64,000 nucleotides of DNA from a virus (IMGVR_UViG_3300001336_000001:170836-234835), one strand, 5' to 3'. Counted from the first letter of the stretch, positions 47,664 to 57,758 are shown. Made by a program: numbers and translations. The notes: a model not told the origin generated them from the letters alone.

Positions 47664-49112
47664 TTAGTTTGGTAGTTCATAATAGTAAGTTTTATGACCA
47701 CAATCATATATTCTATATAACTTATCATCTAAACATATCTGATGAGCTGTTTTATTTACATCATAACCACGCTCAACTAATTTATGTTTTTGATATTTAA
47801 GTCTATGGTATCTACGGTTTTTTTCCAATATAAACCAATTTGGTTTTGAATTATGTTTAAATTTAAAACCCAAGTTGTGGTATACCCCACCATTCGACCA
47901 TCTTCTATCAGCATAACTTATTATCTCCTTTGGTTTATAATTTTTAATAAAATATTTTAATAATTTAGAAGCGCCACCAACCACAGATGTATCTAACTTA
48001 TTACAAAACCTAATCAATTCGTATTCATAATTATTTAAAAAAGGCCTACCACCAAAACACATCAAACTAACTAACTCATCATTGTAATATAACCCAATAT
48101 TAGTTTTTGTTTTTGTTACCCCTTGGATATGGTTATTTTCTAAAAATAATTTAGATGTTTTAAAATCAATTTCTTTAATTTCACATTTTCTTGCGTAAAT
48201 CTTATTCTCTGTTAAACCTAAAATGTTTTTAATCCTTGATTTAACAATATCTTGTTTATATAACCATTCATCCTCAAAAATATGTATCAATTGAACCCCC
48301 TTTTCTTCACACATTTCAGTTTTATTTAAATGGTAATTATCATCAACAAACAACTCAGAATACCAATATAAACCATTGTATTCAATAGCTAAATTATGTG
48401 ATGGTATGTATATATCTAACTCCTTACCATCTAACAAACTTCTATCATTCTCAATAAAAGTAATACCTAATGAAGATATAAAATCACGTAGGTCTAGTTG
48501 ACCTTTAGATATTTTAGTATTACATTTAACACAATTACCACCATGCAAATGACTTTCAACTAATTGTTCAAATTCACCATGCTCTGGACATATAATAGTT
48601 ACATAAGATTTATATGAATTATATTTAACTTTTGAATAATCATATTTATCACCATGTATCTCTTTAAACTTACATATTACCTCTTCAGTAGTCAACCTGT
48701 TATCCTTACCTCGTTTTTCTAAATAACATTTTTTACACCCCTCACCCTTTAGATGTACATCAGCTCTTTGGTTAAATTCCCCATGTATTGGGCATATTAT
48801 AGTTATATAATCTTTTAATGTTTTATATTCAACTTTTGAATAATCATATTTATCACCATGTGTTTTTTTAACTCTATCAAGGTAAACGTCACTTTCTAAT
48901 CTTATACTATTATATTTATTCACCTTAGAACACTCTGGACAACCCTGACCGTTTATGTGGTCTCTAGCTATCTTATCGAACTCACCATGTTTTGGGCATA
49001 TGATTTTAACCTTTTTACCCACACCATCATAATTGACTAACGAATAATCATATTTAAAATTGTGGATTTCGTTACATTCTTCAATAAACTCCTTATTAGT
49101 TTTTTTCTTCAT
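47664..49112 (-). CDS. putative homing endonuclease (HGDKYDYS/CP.HG.F Zn repeats, Vsr-like nuclease, GNAT-like domain)
   Basis: Three YDYS..IICP.HGEF..H..G..C..C repeats; C-terminal half paralogous to 19714..21402; ATG 49112 preferred to TTG 49130. Confidence 0.75.
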   Translation of the reverse strand: MKKKTNKEFIEECNEIHNFKYDYSLVNYDGVGKKVKIICPKHGEFDKIARDHINGQGCPECSKVNKYNSIRLESDVYLDRVKKTHGDKYDYSKVEYKTLKDYITIICPIHGEFNQRADVHLKGEGCKKCYLEKRGKDNRLTTEEVICKFKEIHGDKYDYSKVKYNSYKSYVTIICPEHGEFEQLVESHLHGGNCVKCNTKISKGQLDLRDFISSLGITFIENDRSLLDGKELDIYIPSHNLAIEYNGLYWYSELFVDDNYHLNKTEMCEEKGVQLIHIFEDEWLYKQDIVKSRIKNILGLTENKIYARKCEIKEIDFKTSKLFLENNHIQGVTKTKTNIGLYYNDELVSLMCFGGRPFLNNYEYELIRFCNKLDTSVVGGASKLLKYFIKNYKPKEIISYADRRWSNGGVYHNLGFKFKHNSKPNWFILEKNRRYHRLKYQKHKLVERGYDVNKTAHQICLDDKLYRIYDCGHKTYYYELPN

Positions 49113-49251
49113 TTTTAATATATTCTTCAATAAACCTCCTTATCAATTTAGATGGTGTCACACAACTAATATCACATTTATCTAAAAATTTAGTTTTAAT
49201 CTCCTCATCAACCCTAATGTGTAAATATTTATCTTTTTTTTGTGTTCTCAT
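49096..49251 (-). CDS. ribbon-helix-helix (CopG-like) protein, 51 aa
   Basis: Manual translation MRTQKKDKYLHIRVDEEIKTKFLDKCDISCVTPSKLIRRFIEEYIKNEEKN; overlaps the endonuclease start. Confidence 0.7.
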   Translation of the reverse strand: MRTQKKDKYLHIRVDEEIKTKFLDKCDISCVTPSKLIRRFIEEYIKNEEKN

Positions 49252-49276
49252 GCGTTTACTTTCTTAGTAAATATTA

Positions 49277-49308
49277 CAAATATAATAAAAGTTTAATAAA
49301 CCAACAAA
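49277..49308 (-). promoter_or_regulatory. Bacteroidota-type promoter TTTG-N20-TATATTTG
   Basis: Upstream of the RHH-endonuclease pair. Confidence 0.65.
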
Positions 49309-49327
49309 TATTTATATTAAAAAGATT

Positions 49328-50494
49328 ATGGCAGTCACTGAAGAAGAAAAAATAAAATTGTTTGAACAATTCAGAGTTTCAATGGGTTGGCCTCATAGAA
49401 GTGTTGAATTAGACGATGACCAATTGTGTGTACTTTTAGAGATAGCAATTGAGGATTATGCACAATATACCCAGGAATGGTTAATAGAACACCAATGGCA
49501 ATCGTTATTGGGTAAAAATATAGACAGTGTTGATATGTCATTCGCTTTAAGTGTTAGGTCTTTGGATTTTACAACACAATATACTTATGCTTATTCAAAA
49601 CAAGTTGGATTACAAGCTAGAGGTCCGTGGGAACTAAAGAAAGATTATATAACTGTTGAACCAGGTAGACAAGTGTATGAAATACCAGCTGGTAGAGAAG
49701 TTAATGAAGTTTTATGGATTACACCACCAACAACAGACCGTGCACTATTTGCAAACTACGGTGGTTTAAATTACGGATTAGGTGGTGGTTTTGCCCAACT
49801 AGGTACAGGTGGTGGTGCAATTGGTGCTGGTATGGGTGGTGCTGGTATGGGTGGCTACTTCATAGCACCAGCCTATGATATCTTATTAACTGCATCAGAC
49901 TTTAACCTTAAAAACAGGTTATTAAGAAGTGAAATGGTTTATAAATTAACAGCTGGACCAAATGGTACCAGATTGTTACACTTACTTAGTACACCTGGTT
50001 CTAAATTCTCATTCGGTGGTGGCGTTGGGAATCCTGGTAACACTGGTATAGGTGGTGGTATAAACCTAACAGGTTGTCAAGTTTGGTACTATTATTACGA
50101 TGTTGACCCACAAGATGTTGATGAATGTAGAAAATTAAACCCAGATATTATTACAGCAGTTAATGATGTACCATTAGCAAAAATGGATTTTACTAGATTT
50201 AACGAACCAACCAAAACGCTGGTACGTCAATTATTTGTCTCTGAGGCTAAAAGAGCATTAGGTAGAACTAGAGGTAAATTTGGGGGTATAGTTGGTCCAC
50301 CAGAAGCTGAAAGAACCATGGATTACGATTCTTTATTAGCTGAGGGTAATGAAGAACGAACTAAAGTACTAGAAAGATTAGATGCTAGATTATTGAGGTT
50401 ATCTAGCACCGCTCAACTAGAACGAGCAGCAAATGAAGCTGAATACCTAAATAGAGCATTAAAGTTAAGACCACTAGGGTTCTACATGAGATAA
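49328..50494 (+). CDS. neck protein (T4 gp13-like head-tail adaptor)
   Basis: MG.P..SVELDDDQL..AIEDY; AKRALGRTRGKF..PP...MDYDSL..EG..E..L. Confidence 0.75.
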   Translation: MAVTEEEKIKLFEQFRVSMGWPHRSVELDDDQLCVLLEIAIEDYAQYTQEWLIEHQWQSLLGKNIDSVDMSFALSVRSLDFTTQYTYAYSKQVGLQARGPWELKKDYITVEPGRQVYEIPAGREVNEVLWITPPTTDRALFANYGGLNYGLGGGFAQLGTGGGAIGAGMGGAGMGGYFIAPAYDILLTASDFNLKNRLLRSEMVYKLTAGPNGTRLLHLLSTPGSKFSFGGGVGNPGNTGIGGGINLTGCQVWYYYYDVDPQDVDECRKLNPDIITAVNDVPLAKMDFTRFNEPTKTLVRQLFVSEAKRALGRTRGKFGGIVGPPEAERTMDYDSLLAEGNEERTKVLERLDARLLRLSSTAQLERAANEAEYLNRALKLRPLGFYMR

Positions 50495-50495
50495 C

Positions 50496-50526
50496 AAAAA
50501 AAAAGGGAAGCATTACCTCCCTTTTT
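50496..50526. terminator. bidirectional terminator between convergent neck and polymerase genes
   Basis: A9-GGGA..TCCC-T5. Confidence 0.65.
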
Positions 50527-50529
50527 GTT

Positions 50530-53500
50530 TTAAAAACCCCAATCATCATCATCTTCATCGTTATGTAAATCAACTTCTTTATCCACATTATTTATGATAG
50601 CTAACCCATTTAAACTTGTATGAGTATTTTCATCATTTTCTACTTCCTCATAGTTTGTAGAATCCCCACTCAACACTTTTCTTTCAGCTATGTAATTTAA
50701 CCACATATCATACATATCATCAATATTATCATTGTTTTCTATTGTTGAATACCAAGCAGCTCGATTAATAGCTTCCTGTTCATAGTCAAATATTATATTA
50801 AATGGATAAAGGTTCACTCCCCACTTAATTGATGTAAGATAAAACACACCATCAACATCATTAATATCAATAACCCCTTTTAATGTGTCTGGCAATTTAT
50901 TATATAGTTTTAATTTTTTAAAATCAACAACCTCCATCCTTTTTATTGCATCTAAAACACGTTCTAGTTCGTCAGCAATACCTTTCTCACGCTGAACACG
51001 CATTCGTTCAATATAATCATTCTGTAAATCAATCCACTCCTCATTAGTCATGAAGTTAGGTGTTTTATTTACCGACATCCAGAATTTAATCTCCCTATCT
51101 TCCATTTTCATTAAATCCTCATAATAATCATCTTGGTCTTCGGGTGATAGTGGTTTACCGAAAACTAATTGACATTCTGATTCAGCAAAAACGCTCCTAT
51201 CTTTTAATTTAAATTCTTTAGTCTTTCTATCTTTTATAACATCGATAATTATTTTATCTCTAACATTTTCATCAAAACAAACCAATAATGGTTTTATTCG
51301 ACTATTTAGTGCTGAAATATATTTCGCAACATTATAATTATCGGTCATAAAATCAGGGTTATTTTCTATAAAATCCTGTGGTATTAACTCACAGTAAAAT
51401 TGTATTTCGGTTGTCCCTTTTTCTTTATCTTTAATAGCCTTTATATCACTATGTGATTTTGCTGTACCAGTATTTATATAAAATATTTCATCCCCAACAT
51501 CAACTTTAAGGTTGTGTTTTAAAACCAATTCCATATGAGCTTGTCTTGATTTAAAATTACCCACTTTATTCTTTTGTTTACAGTAAACATTTTTATAGGT
51601 ATCTAAAGTGGTCTTAACCTTAGACTTTGATGCTATTTTTAATACTGGTATTTTGTAATTGTAAATCTTATTAACTGTATCATAATATAATTCAATAAAA
51701 TCATATCCGTTACCATCCAATAATAAACCAACCCCTTCATTTATAAATTCTTCAATATAAACAGGCATAGCTTTTGACTTAATACTATTACCAACCAGTT
51801 TAACCTTACCATCTAATTTGTTTGCATAATTTTTTCTCTTAAAGTTAATTGCTGATTCATAAACATCATCAACATCTAACCCCATTCTACCCTCCATATA
51901 AAGTTCATTAAACTCAGAAACCGCAGCCTCCAACCCAGTCAAAATGGTACCCGATTCATACTTTTTAGTTTTCCAATGAGAAGCTTTAACCGTATACTTA
52001 ATGTCATCTATAGTATCTGGAATGATAAAGTTACAACCATCAGTATCTAATACTAAAGGTTCAAATTTATACTTATCCTTAAAGAATCTAATCATAAAGC
52101 GTAATGACTGTCTACCACGACAAGTTGTTTCTTCAGCACAATTTGTGTCACCCCAAGGGAATAAATACGGTGCACCATAAGAACCAAACCAAGAGTTAGC
52201 TAATATTTTAAGTGGTAACTGTTTTTTATCATAATCTGATGATTTTTTAAACTCAACCTCAATCATCGTATTAGCATTTTCAATTCTACTCTCGTTAAGT
52301 TTATCAATATTAGCTTTTAATAAATCTTGTAACTCTTTACCCTTATCTTTATGTTCTGATGTTAAAAACTTAAACTCATCACGCTTATCAACAACATATG
52401 TCAACAAACCATCCATAACTCCAGATATATCTAAATCTGGGAATATTGACCAAGTTAATTGTGTTTTAGGGTATAGTGCAGCAAAGTCAAATTTAACAAT
52501 ACCTTTACCCTTAGCGTACCCAACCTTAAGTAACCTAGATAGACCACCAGTAAAATCCCTTTTAGGTTGTAATTCTGGTATACCAAGATTATTTTCGTAA
52601 GACCAAGCACACATAATCAACTTCCACTGACCAGCTGTACCCATAGTCGAACTTCGCATGTATGAAGTTGGTAGAATTTTAGCTAATAAAAACGATGCTT
52701 GATTATAAATCGTGTCAACCTGCTCTGTCTCCCAAAGGTCATCTAATAAATATCGCTGAACTATATAATCACCTTTAACAATAGTTAATGACGGTGGTAA
52801 ATCATTAGAATATTCAGAACCATCAAGCAACCCCCACTCACCATTCTCATCATTAAACCAATAATCACGCTTATCAGACCAAATGGTTTTTAGTTTATTA
52901 CCTGGTACATAAACCCTATTTTTCTTAGCTACTTTTGAAAATTTAGTGATATATTTTAATGACCATTTTTTAATATCTGAATTGATAGCCTGAGCTCGTC
53001 TAACAGCATGTGATATATCAAGTACATTGTAACCCCACATATAAGTTTGGTCATATTTAATTGATTCTTGACCCAACTTAAGTGTTGAGTCTTTTCTATA
53101 AACCTTAGAATTTGGATTTAAGGTTTTAACTATTGATTTAAAATCCACACTTAAACGTTCACACCTACGTTCAAAGAAGGGCCAGTCAAAATTTTCTGAG
53201 TTATAAGCAGTTATAACATCTGGTTTAAGCTCGTCTACCCTCTTAAAAAATTCAATAATATTATTCTTTTCAGATTCACGTCTTTCCTTAGGTGTATCAC
53301 CGATGGTTTCTAAAATAACTTCATAACCAAGATTATCACGTATACCTATTTGAAAAATAGCATCTTTACTAGGGTCCAAACCATCAGTTTCTAAGTCAAA
53401 TTGTAATCTATAAACATCGTTATAATCCTCAAAACCTTTAAATAGGCGTTTACTACTTTGTATTAGAAATTGCTCAACTGGTGATAAAGCTAAAAATAAG

Positions 53501-53907
53501 TGTCTATATTTCTCATCCCATATATCAACCCCACCTTCCCTAAAATAAGCTATTAAACTGGAGTACCCATTAGTAGTGTGAGCTATTTTTTTATAACCAT
53601 TAAACATTCTTTCAGGCATAAAACCTTCAGAATCTGAAATTATTAAGTCCTTTACCTTGATACCGAATCTATTCTTAGCAGCGATTTGTCTACTAACACT
53701 ACCACCATACAATATTTTTAAGACATCCTCTTTAAACCAAATAAATGGTTTATATTTATGCCTCTCGATATATTTACCAGTTTCTGGATTGTTAATAACT
53801 AAATCAACGAAATTATCACCATATGTAGTCTCAATGGCTACAATATATTTTTGTGGGTCACGCCCCTCTAAGAATTTTTCGATTACATCAAAACTAACCT
53901 TACTCAT
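50530..53907 (-). CDS. polB: family B DNA polymerase with 3'-5' exonuclease
   Basis: FDLETDG, YNSENFD, YLLDD; DFAALYP, KQLPLKILANS.FG, DTDG. Confidence 0.93.
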   Translation of the reverse strand: MSKVSFDVIEKFLEGRDPQKYIVAIETTYGDNFVDLVINNPETGKYIERHKYKPFIWFKEDVLKILYGGSVSRQIAAKNRFGIKVKDLIISDSEGFMPERMFNGYKKIAHTTNGYSSLIAYFREGGVDIWDEKYRHLFLALSPVEQFLIQSSKRLFKGFEDYNDVYRLQFDLETDGLDPSKDAIFQIGIRDNLGYEVILETIGDTPKERRESEKNNIIEFFKRVDELKPDVITAYNSENFDWPFFERRCERLSVDFKSIVKTLNPNSKVYRKDSTLKLGQESIKYDQTYMWGYNVLDISHAVRRAQAINSDIKKWSLKYITKFSKVAKKNRVYVPGNKLKTIWSDKRDYWFNDENGEWGLLDGSEYSNDLPPSLTIVKGDYIVQRYLLDDLWETEQVDTIYNQASFLLAKILPTSYMRSSTMGTAGQWKLIMCAWSYENNLGIPELQPKRDFTGGLSRLLKVGYAKGKGIVKFDFAALYPKTQLTWSIFPDLDISGVMDGLLTYVVDKRDEFKFLTSEHKDKGKELQDLLKANIDKLNESRIENANTMIEVEFKKSSDYDKKQLPLKILANSWFGSYGAPYLFPWGDTNCAEETTCRGRQSLRFMIRFFKDKYKFEPLVLDTDGCNFIIPDTIDDIKYTVKASHWKTKKYESGTILTGLEAAVSEFNELYMEGRMGLDVDDVYESAINFKRKNYANKLDGKVKLVGNSIKSKAMPVYIEEFINEGVGLLLDGNGYDFIELYYDTVNKIYNYKIPVLKIASKSKVKTTLDTYKNVYCKQKNKVGNFKSRQAHMELVLKHNLKVDVGDEIFYINTGTAKSHSDIKAIKDKEKGTTEIQFYCELIPQDFIENNPDFMTDNYNVAKYISALNSRIKPLLVCFDENVRDKIIIDVIKDRKTKEFKLKDRSVFAESECQLVFGKPLSPEDQDDYYEDLMKMEDREIKFWMSVNKTPNFMTNEEWIDLQNDYIERMRVQREKGIADELERVLDAIKRMEVVDFKKLKLYNKLPDTLKGVIDINDVDGVFYLTSIKWGVNLYPFNIIFDYEQEAINRAAWYSTIENNDNIDDMYDMWLNYIAERKVLSGDSTNYEEVENDENTHTSLNGLAIINNVDKEVDLHNDEDDDDWGF

Positions 53908-53923
53908 AATCTAATGTTTTAGA

Positions 53924-53954
53924 CAAAGATATTAAATAAGTGATAAGGTTTCAA
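53924..53954 (-). promoter_or_regulatory. Bacteroidota-type promoter TTG-N20-TATCTTTG (polymerase, proximal)
   Basis: 16 nt upstream of the ATG. Confidence 0.65.
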
Positions 53955-53999
53955 GAAATAAGATTAATTTATTTTTTTAACCGTTTAACAAACGGTTAA

Positions 54000-54030
54000 C
54001 AAAGTTACTAAAATTATTTTAATTAATCAA
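54000..54030 (-). promoter_or_regulatory. Bacteroidota-type promoter TTG-N20-TAACTTTG (polymerase, distal)
   Basis: Immediately followed by a perfect 10-bp inverted repeat at 53977-53999. Confidence 0.55.
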
Positions 54031-54039
54031 CCAAACTGG

Positions 54040-54408
54040 TTATTTTTTTATACTACCATCTAATACGTGAATATACAACTCTTCTTTAATAGGGGCTATT
54101 AGCGTACCATAACCATCTAAAAACTCAATGGTAAATTGACCAACATACACACCTGGTTTAGAAGTTTCTTTATTTGTGAATTTATAACCTATATAATATT
54201 CATCATAACCACATTCGGAATACTTAGGTATAATTAACCCTGGTTTACGACCAATTATTTTAGCACCACTCTTCAAATCATTCATACTAAAATATATGTT
54301 TGAATTTTGTATTTTTTCATAAAAATTTTTAACATCATTTCTTCCATCTTGAATTAAGTCCAATTTCATTATTGGTAGTGTTGAATTATTATTTATAAAG
54401 AAGTCCAT
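54040..54408 (-). CDS. BppU-N-like Ig-fold structural protein
   Basis: STLP.MKLDL..FSM..GVYVGQFTIEF..LIAPI..LYIHV. Confidence 0.5.
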   Translation of the reverse strand: MDFFINNNSTLPIMKLDLIQDGRNDVKNFYEKIQNSNIYFSMNDLKSGAKIIGRKPGLIIPKYSECGYDEYYIGYKFTNKETSKPGVYVGQFTIEFLDGYGTLIAPIKEELYIHVLDGSIKK

Positions 54409-54437
54409 TTTTTATTTTTTATTTTTTTTGTTATTTA

Positions 54438-56135
54438 TTAGCAAATTACTGGGCATTTTTGTGATATATCAAAATAATTTAAATCACATATGTAGAATTT
54501 AAATTCACTTATTTCCCCAACAAATGAACCCGCATAATTTTTTTCAATGTTCAAACCTAAATCACTGATATCTTGACCGTCAAAAGTCATGTGCTCTAAT
54601 AACCCTTGACTACCACCACCAATACTAATATTATATGGCACTCCAACCTGTTTCATATAGTGGTCATCTAATCTTCTAGCAACAAACTCATCAACACCAT
54701 TAAACACAGCTTTTAATTTACAATCAACATAAATCATAAATTTACCCTTCCTTGCTGGCAAACATTTCAATTCATCTTCATTATATGTTCTATCTGATAC
54801 ATATCTTATTGTAACTCTAGTCCACTCATCTTCATTAATTAAACCTGGTTCAGAATATTGTTCTTCAACAGTAACACCAGTAATGTAAACATCATCAACA
54901 CAATAACCAGTAAATTTTAATGCTCTATATCCTATACCACCATCATCTTTAATCCTAAACCCTAAAGCGTTATCGATAATATCTAAATCTTTATCTAGTT
55001 CTAATATTAACTCACTATCACCACTATAACTACAAACAGTTTCTTTACCGTAAGATGGGTCATCTTTTAAATCACCACATCTCGAATTACCACTTTTACT
55101 GGCCCTACCATATATCAAAAATTGATTTCGTGTATCCGTCTTTTTACGCCTATATTCAGAAACAAAAATACTTGAACCAGTAAAACTACAAACACGTTCT
55201 TTACCATACGCAGCATTATCCCTTAAATCACCACATCTTGAATTCCCATCCTTACTAGCCCTACCATATATTAAAAATTGGTTTGTGATTTCTCTAATAT
55301 CTAATAGTGGTGGGTTTAAAAAGAAACTAAAACCAGTCTCTGGGTCAACTAATTCAATATCACTTTCCTTCAATTCAGTACAGAAATTAGTGATAATATC
55401 ACCACAACCTTCTGGTTGTTCACAACTAATGGTACAACCAGTGTTATTACCCTCAAAAATGTTCCAAAATTTATTTTCAGCCCTAGTACCCAAATAAAAG
55501 AAAAACCCTTTATTATCTGGGTATACATCATTCAGTGTTGTACCTGTTTCACCAGAACAAACTAAACCTTTTTTAAGATAAAAATCAGAAACCCAACCCC
55601 TAGGTGTTCTATTTGGTAAAACCTCGTAAGTATAACCATCTAGTTTATAATAACCTTGATAAAACCCACCACATAATTTAGCAACATTAACATCAAGGGT
55701 ATTACTTTGAGAGATTTCTAAAGGGTATATATATTGACCAGTTGACCCACTAACTTTATGCAAAAACAATGATGTTTCATTAGGTGGTATTGTCAAAGTC
55801 ACCCCTGTTAAAATATTAACAAGATTTTCATTTTTAACATCTAACGGGTCTTTATTGTATAATAACTGCCCATTATCCAATCCAACCAACCCAAAGGTTT
55901 CAAAGTTGTAACCAGTATTTACAGCTTTGTTCCAACTAACTAATGATTTTATTGTCTTATCACTACCCTCTTCGAAGAATATATTATCATCATTGAAATC
56001 ATACCAAACAACAAAACAATCCCCACTTAATCTATTATTAAGACCAAACCCTAAATCATCATAATTTAAGTATAAATCATAATACTCACTATTTGATAAT
56101 TTTAAATCGAATTGTCTATTATTTTTATTGAACAT
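54438..56135 (-). CDS. putative structural protein with a 52-aa internal Cys repeat and a lectin-like C-terminus
   Basis: NQFLIYGRASK.GNSRCGDL.D...YGKE.VCS twice; WTRVTIRY..IYVD..FVGEISEFKFY. Confidence 0.6.
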   Translation of the reverse strand: MFNKNNRQFDLKLSNSEYYDLYLNYDDLGFGLNNRLSGDCFVVWYDFNDDNIFFEEGSDKTIKSLVSWNKAVNTGYNFETFGLVGLDNGQLLYNKDPLDVKNENLVNILTGVTLTIPPNETSLFLHKVSGSTGQYIYPLEISQSNTLDVNVAKLCGGFYQGYYKLDGYTYEVLPNRTPRGWVSDFYLKKGLVCSGETGTTLNDVYPDNKGFFFYLGTRAENKFWNIFEGNNTGCTISCEQPEGCGDIITNFCTELKESDIELVDPETGFSFFLNPPLLDIREITNQFLIYGRASKDGNSRCGDLRDNAAYGKERVCSFTGSSIFVSEYRRKKTDTRNQFLIYGRASKSGNSRCGDLKDDPSYGKETVCSYSGDSELILELDKDLDIIDNALGFRIKDDGGIGYRALKFTGYCVDDVYITGVTVEEQYSEPGLINEDEWTRVTIRYVSDRTYNEDELKCLPARKGKFMIYVDCKLKAVFNGVDEFVARRLDDHYMKQVGVPYNISIGGGSQGLLEHMTFDGQDISDLGLNIEKNYAGSFVGEISEFKFYICDLNYFDISQKCPVIC

Positions 56136-56141
56136 ATTTTA

Positions 56142-57710
56142 TTATTTTAAATTTCCTATTATATATACCTTTAACCCAGCAGCACCTGTACCAGCCGAAT
56201 TGATATCCACAGTTATCTTATCATCCTCATCAATACCAAAACTCAACCCTGTCTGTGTTGCAACAGTGTTTGCTGAGGTTATATTTATTGGTGATGTTAA
56301 TATGCTTGTACCATTTGCATTAACATCGATTATAGTTGTTGTTGAACCACTTTGTGTCAATGATACTTTAACACTTGACACAACAATATCTCTTGGTGAT
56401 ACTAAGGTAACTTTAGATACGCCAGTTGTGATTTGTGTGGTCTCATCAGATACGACAATTAATAAATCGTATGGTATATTATTGGTGATACCAGTTATTT
56501 CAATTGTACCACTTCCAGATTCCAATGTGATTGTTCCACCACTTGCATTTGATAATGAGGCACCAGTTATTACATTGTTATCAACATATGCTTTATCTAC
56601 CAAACTTCTATCAACAAAGTTTGCTGAATAATCAGCATTGTATTGTACGCCATTGAATCCAACAGCATCAGATTGTGCTATTATAGCACCATTAGTAACT
56701 CTAAACGCAGTCCTATCACCACTCACCACACCATCGTAGTAGTTTAATGATATATCATTACTATTTGCTAATAAAACATTGCTAAATTCATTTGAAACGG
56801 TTCTAATATAACCAAGTAATGTTTGAGGTTGTGTGTATTGTGTGAATGTTATTGAACTATCACTTATAACACCATTTGTTATATTTGAAGTTGAATCTCC
56901 AGTTATATTTAAAGTGGAGTTAACCAATGACACATCTCTAATTGTCCCAGTTATTGAACCATTTGAATTATATATATTATCACCAGATAAAACTCCACTT
57001 AAATCAACACTATATGCATTTGTAATATCATTCCTATCAAACTCTATTGTATTACCATTTAATGTAGCTCCAGTTGTGAATGTATCACCACTAGTTGAAC
57101 CAGAATTTGGCACCCAACCACACATACCCTCAGAATTTATCGCACCTAAAACATAACCAACTTGAGCACCTCTACTAACAATTAACCTATCAGTTCTTAA
57201 TATTTCAGTATTATCAACCCAAATAGTTCTACCAGTAAAATCTAATGTATCTGCACTAAAAATGTAAAAATCTGATGACACTTGACCAGTATAATTACCT
57301 GGTGTTGTTTCAATCATAGAAACAACATATAAATTATCAACTTCAACACCACTATAGGACAAATTAACTAAATTACCATCTATTAGTGTTGAACTACTAG
57401 AATCAAAAACAATATTAGTTGATTGTGTTAAACCACTATTCGATGGTATTATTGGTGTTATACTTGAATCAATAATAGAAACATCAACTGGTGTTGTCCA
57501 GTTAAACTCAGTAGACACACTATTCCCACTAAAATCCGATATAACCCCGATATATTGTGATATCTGCTGTGCAGACGATAAATCAGGCCCATAAGTTAGT
57601 ACACTAAATGGTAAACCAAAAGTCGTACCACCAGACAAAGTGGTGTTAGTTTTTTCATTTTGTTTAATCTGTCTGTTATCAGAATAGTCTAATTTAGTTC
57701 TAAAAGCCAT
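56142..57710 (-). CDS. Ser/Thr/Gly-rich fibre-like structural protein
   Basis: Likely start ATG 57710 (MAFRTKLDYSDNRQ) with TATTTAT 18 nt upstream; DTFTTGATL repeat as in 41383..43356. Confidence 0.65.
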   Translation of the reverse strand: MAFRTKLDYSDNRQIKQNEKTNTTLSGGTTFGLPFSVLTYGPDLSSAQQISQYIGVISDFSGNSVSTEFNWTTPVDVSIIDSSITPIIPSNSGLTQSTNIVFDSSSSTLIDGNLVNLSYSGVEVDNLYVVSMIETTPGNYTGQVSSDFYIFSADTLDFTGRTIWVDNTEILRTDRLIVSRGAQVGYVLGAINSEGMCGWVPNSGSTSGDTFTTGATLNGNTIEFDRNDITNAYSVDLSGVLSGDNIYNSNGSITGTIRDVSLVNSTLNITGDSTSNITNGVISDSSITFTQYTQPQTLLGYIRTVSNEFSNVLLANSNDISLNYYDGVVSGDRTAFRVTNGAIIAQSDAVGFNGVQYNADYSANFVDRSLVDKAYVDNNVITGASLSNASGGTITLESGSGTIEITGITNNIPYDLLIVVSDETTQITTGVSKVTLVSPRDIVVSSVKVSLTQSGSTTTIIDVNANGTSILTSPINITSANTVATQTGLSFGIDEDDKITVDINSAGTGAAGLKVYIIGNLK

Positions 57711-57728
57711 ATTAAATATATTTTTATT

Positions 57729-57758
57729 ATAAATATTAATACATTTCAATATATTTAT
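57729..57758. promoter_or_regulatory. back-to-back divergent TATTTAT motifs
   Basis: ATAAATA at 57729-57735 and TATTTAT at 57752-57758 between divergent ATGs 57710 and 57774. Confidence 0.6.

Noticed and set aside
50530-53907. Intein or intron in the DNA polymerase or helicase
   Set aside because: Motifs are continuous and no intein termini or LAGLIDADG motifs were seen
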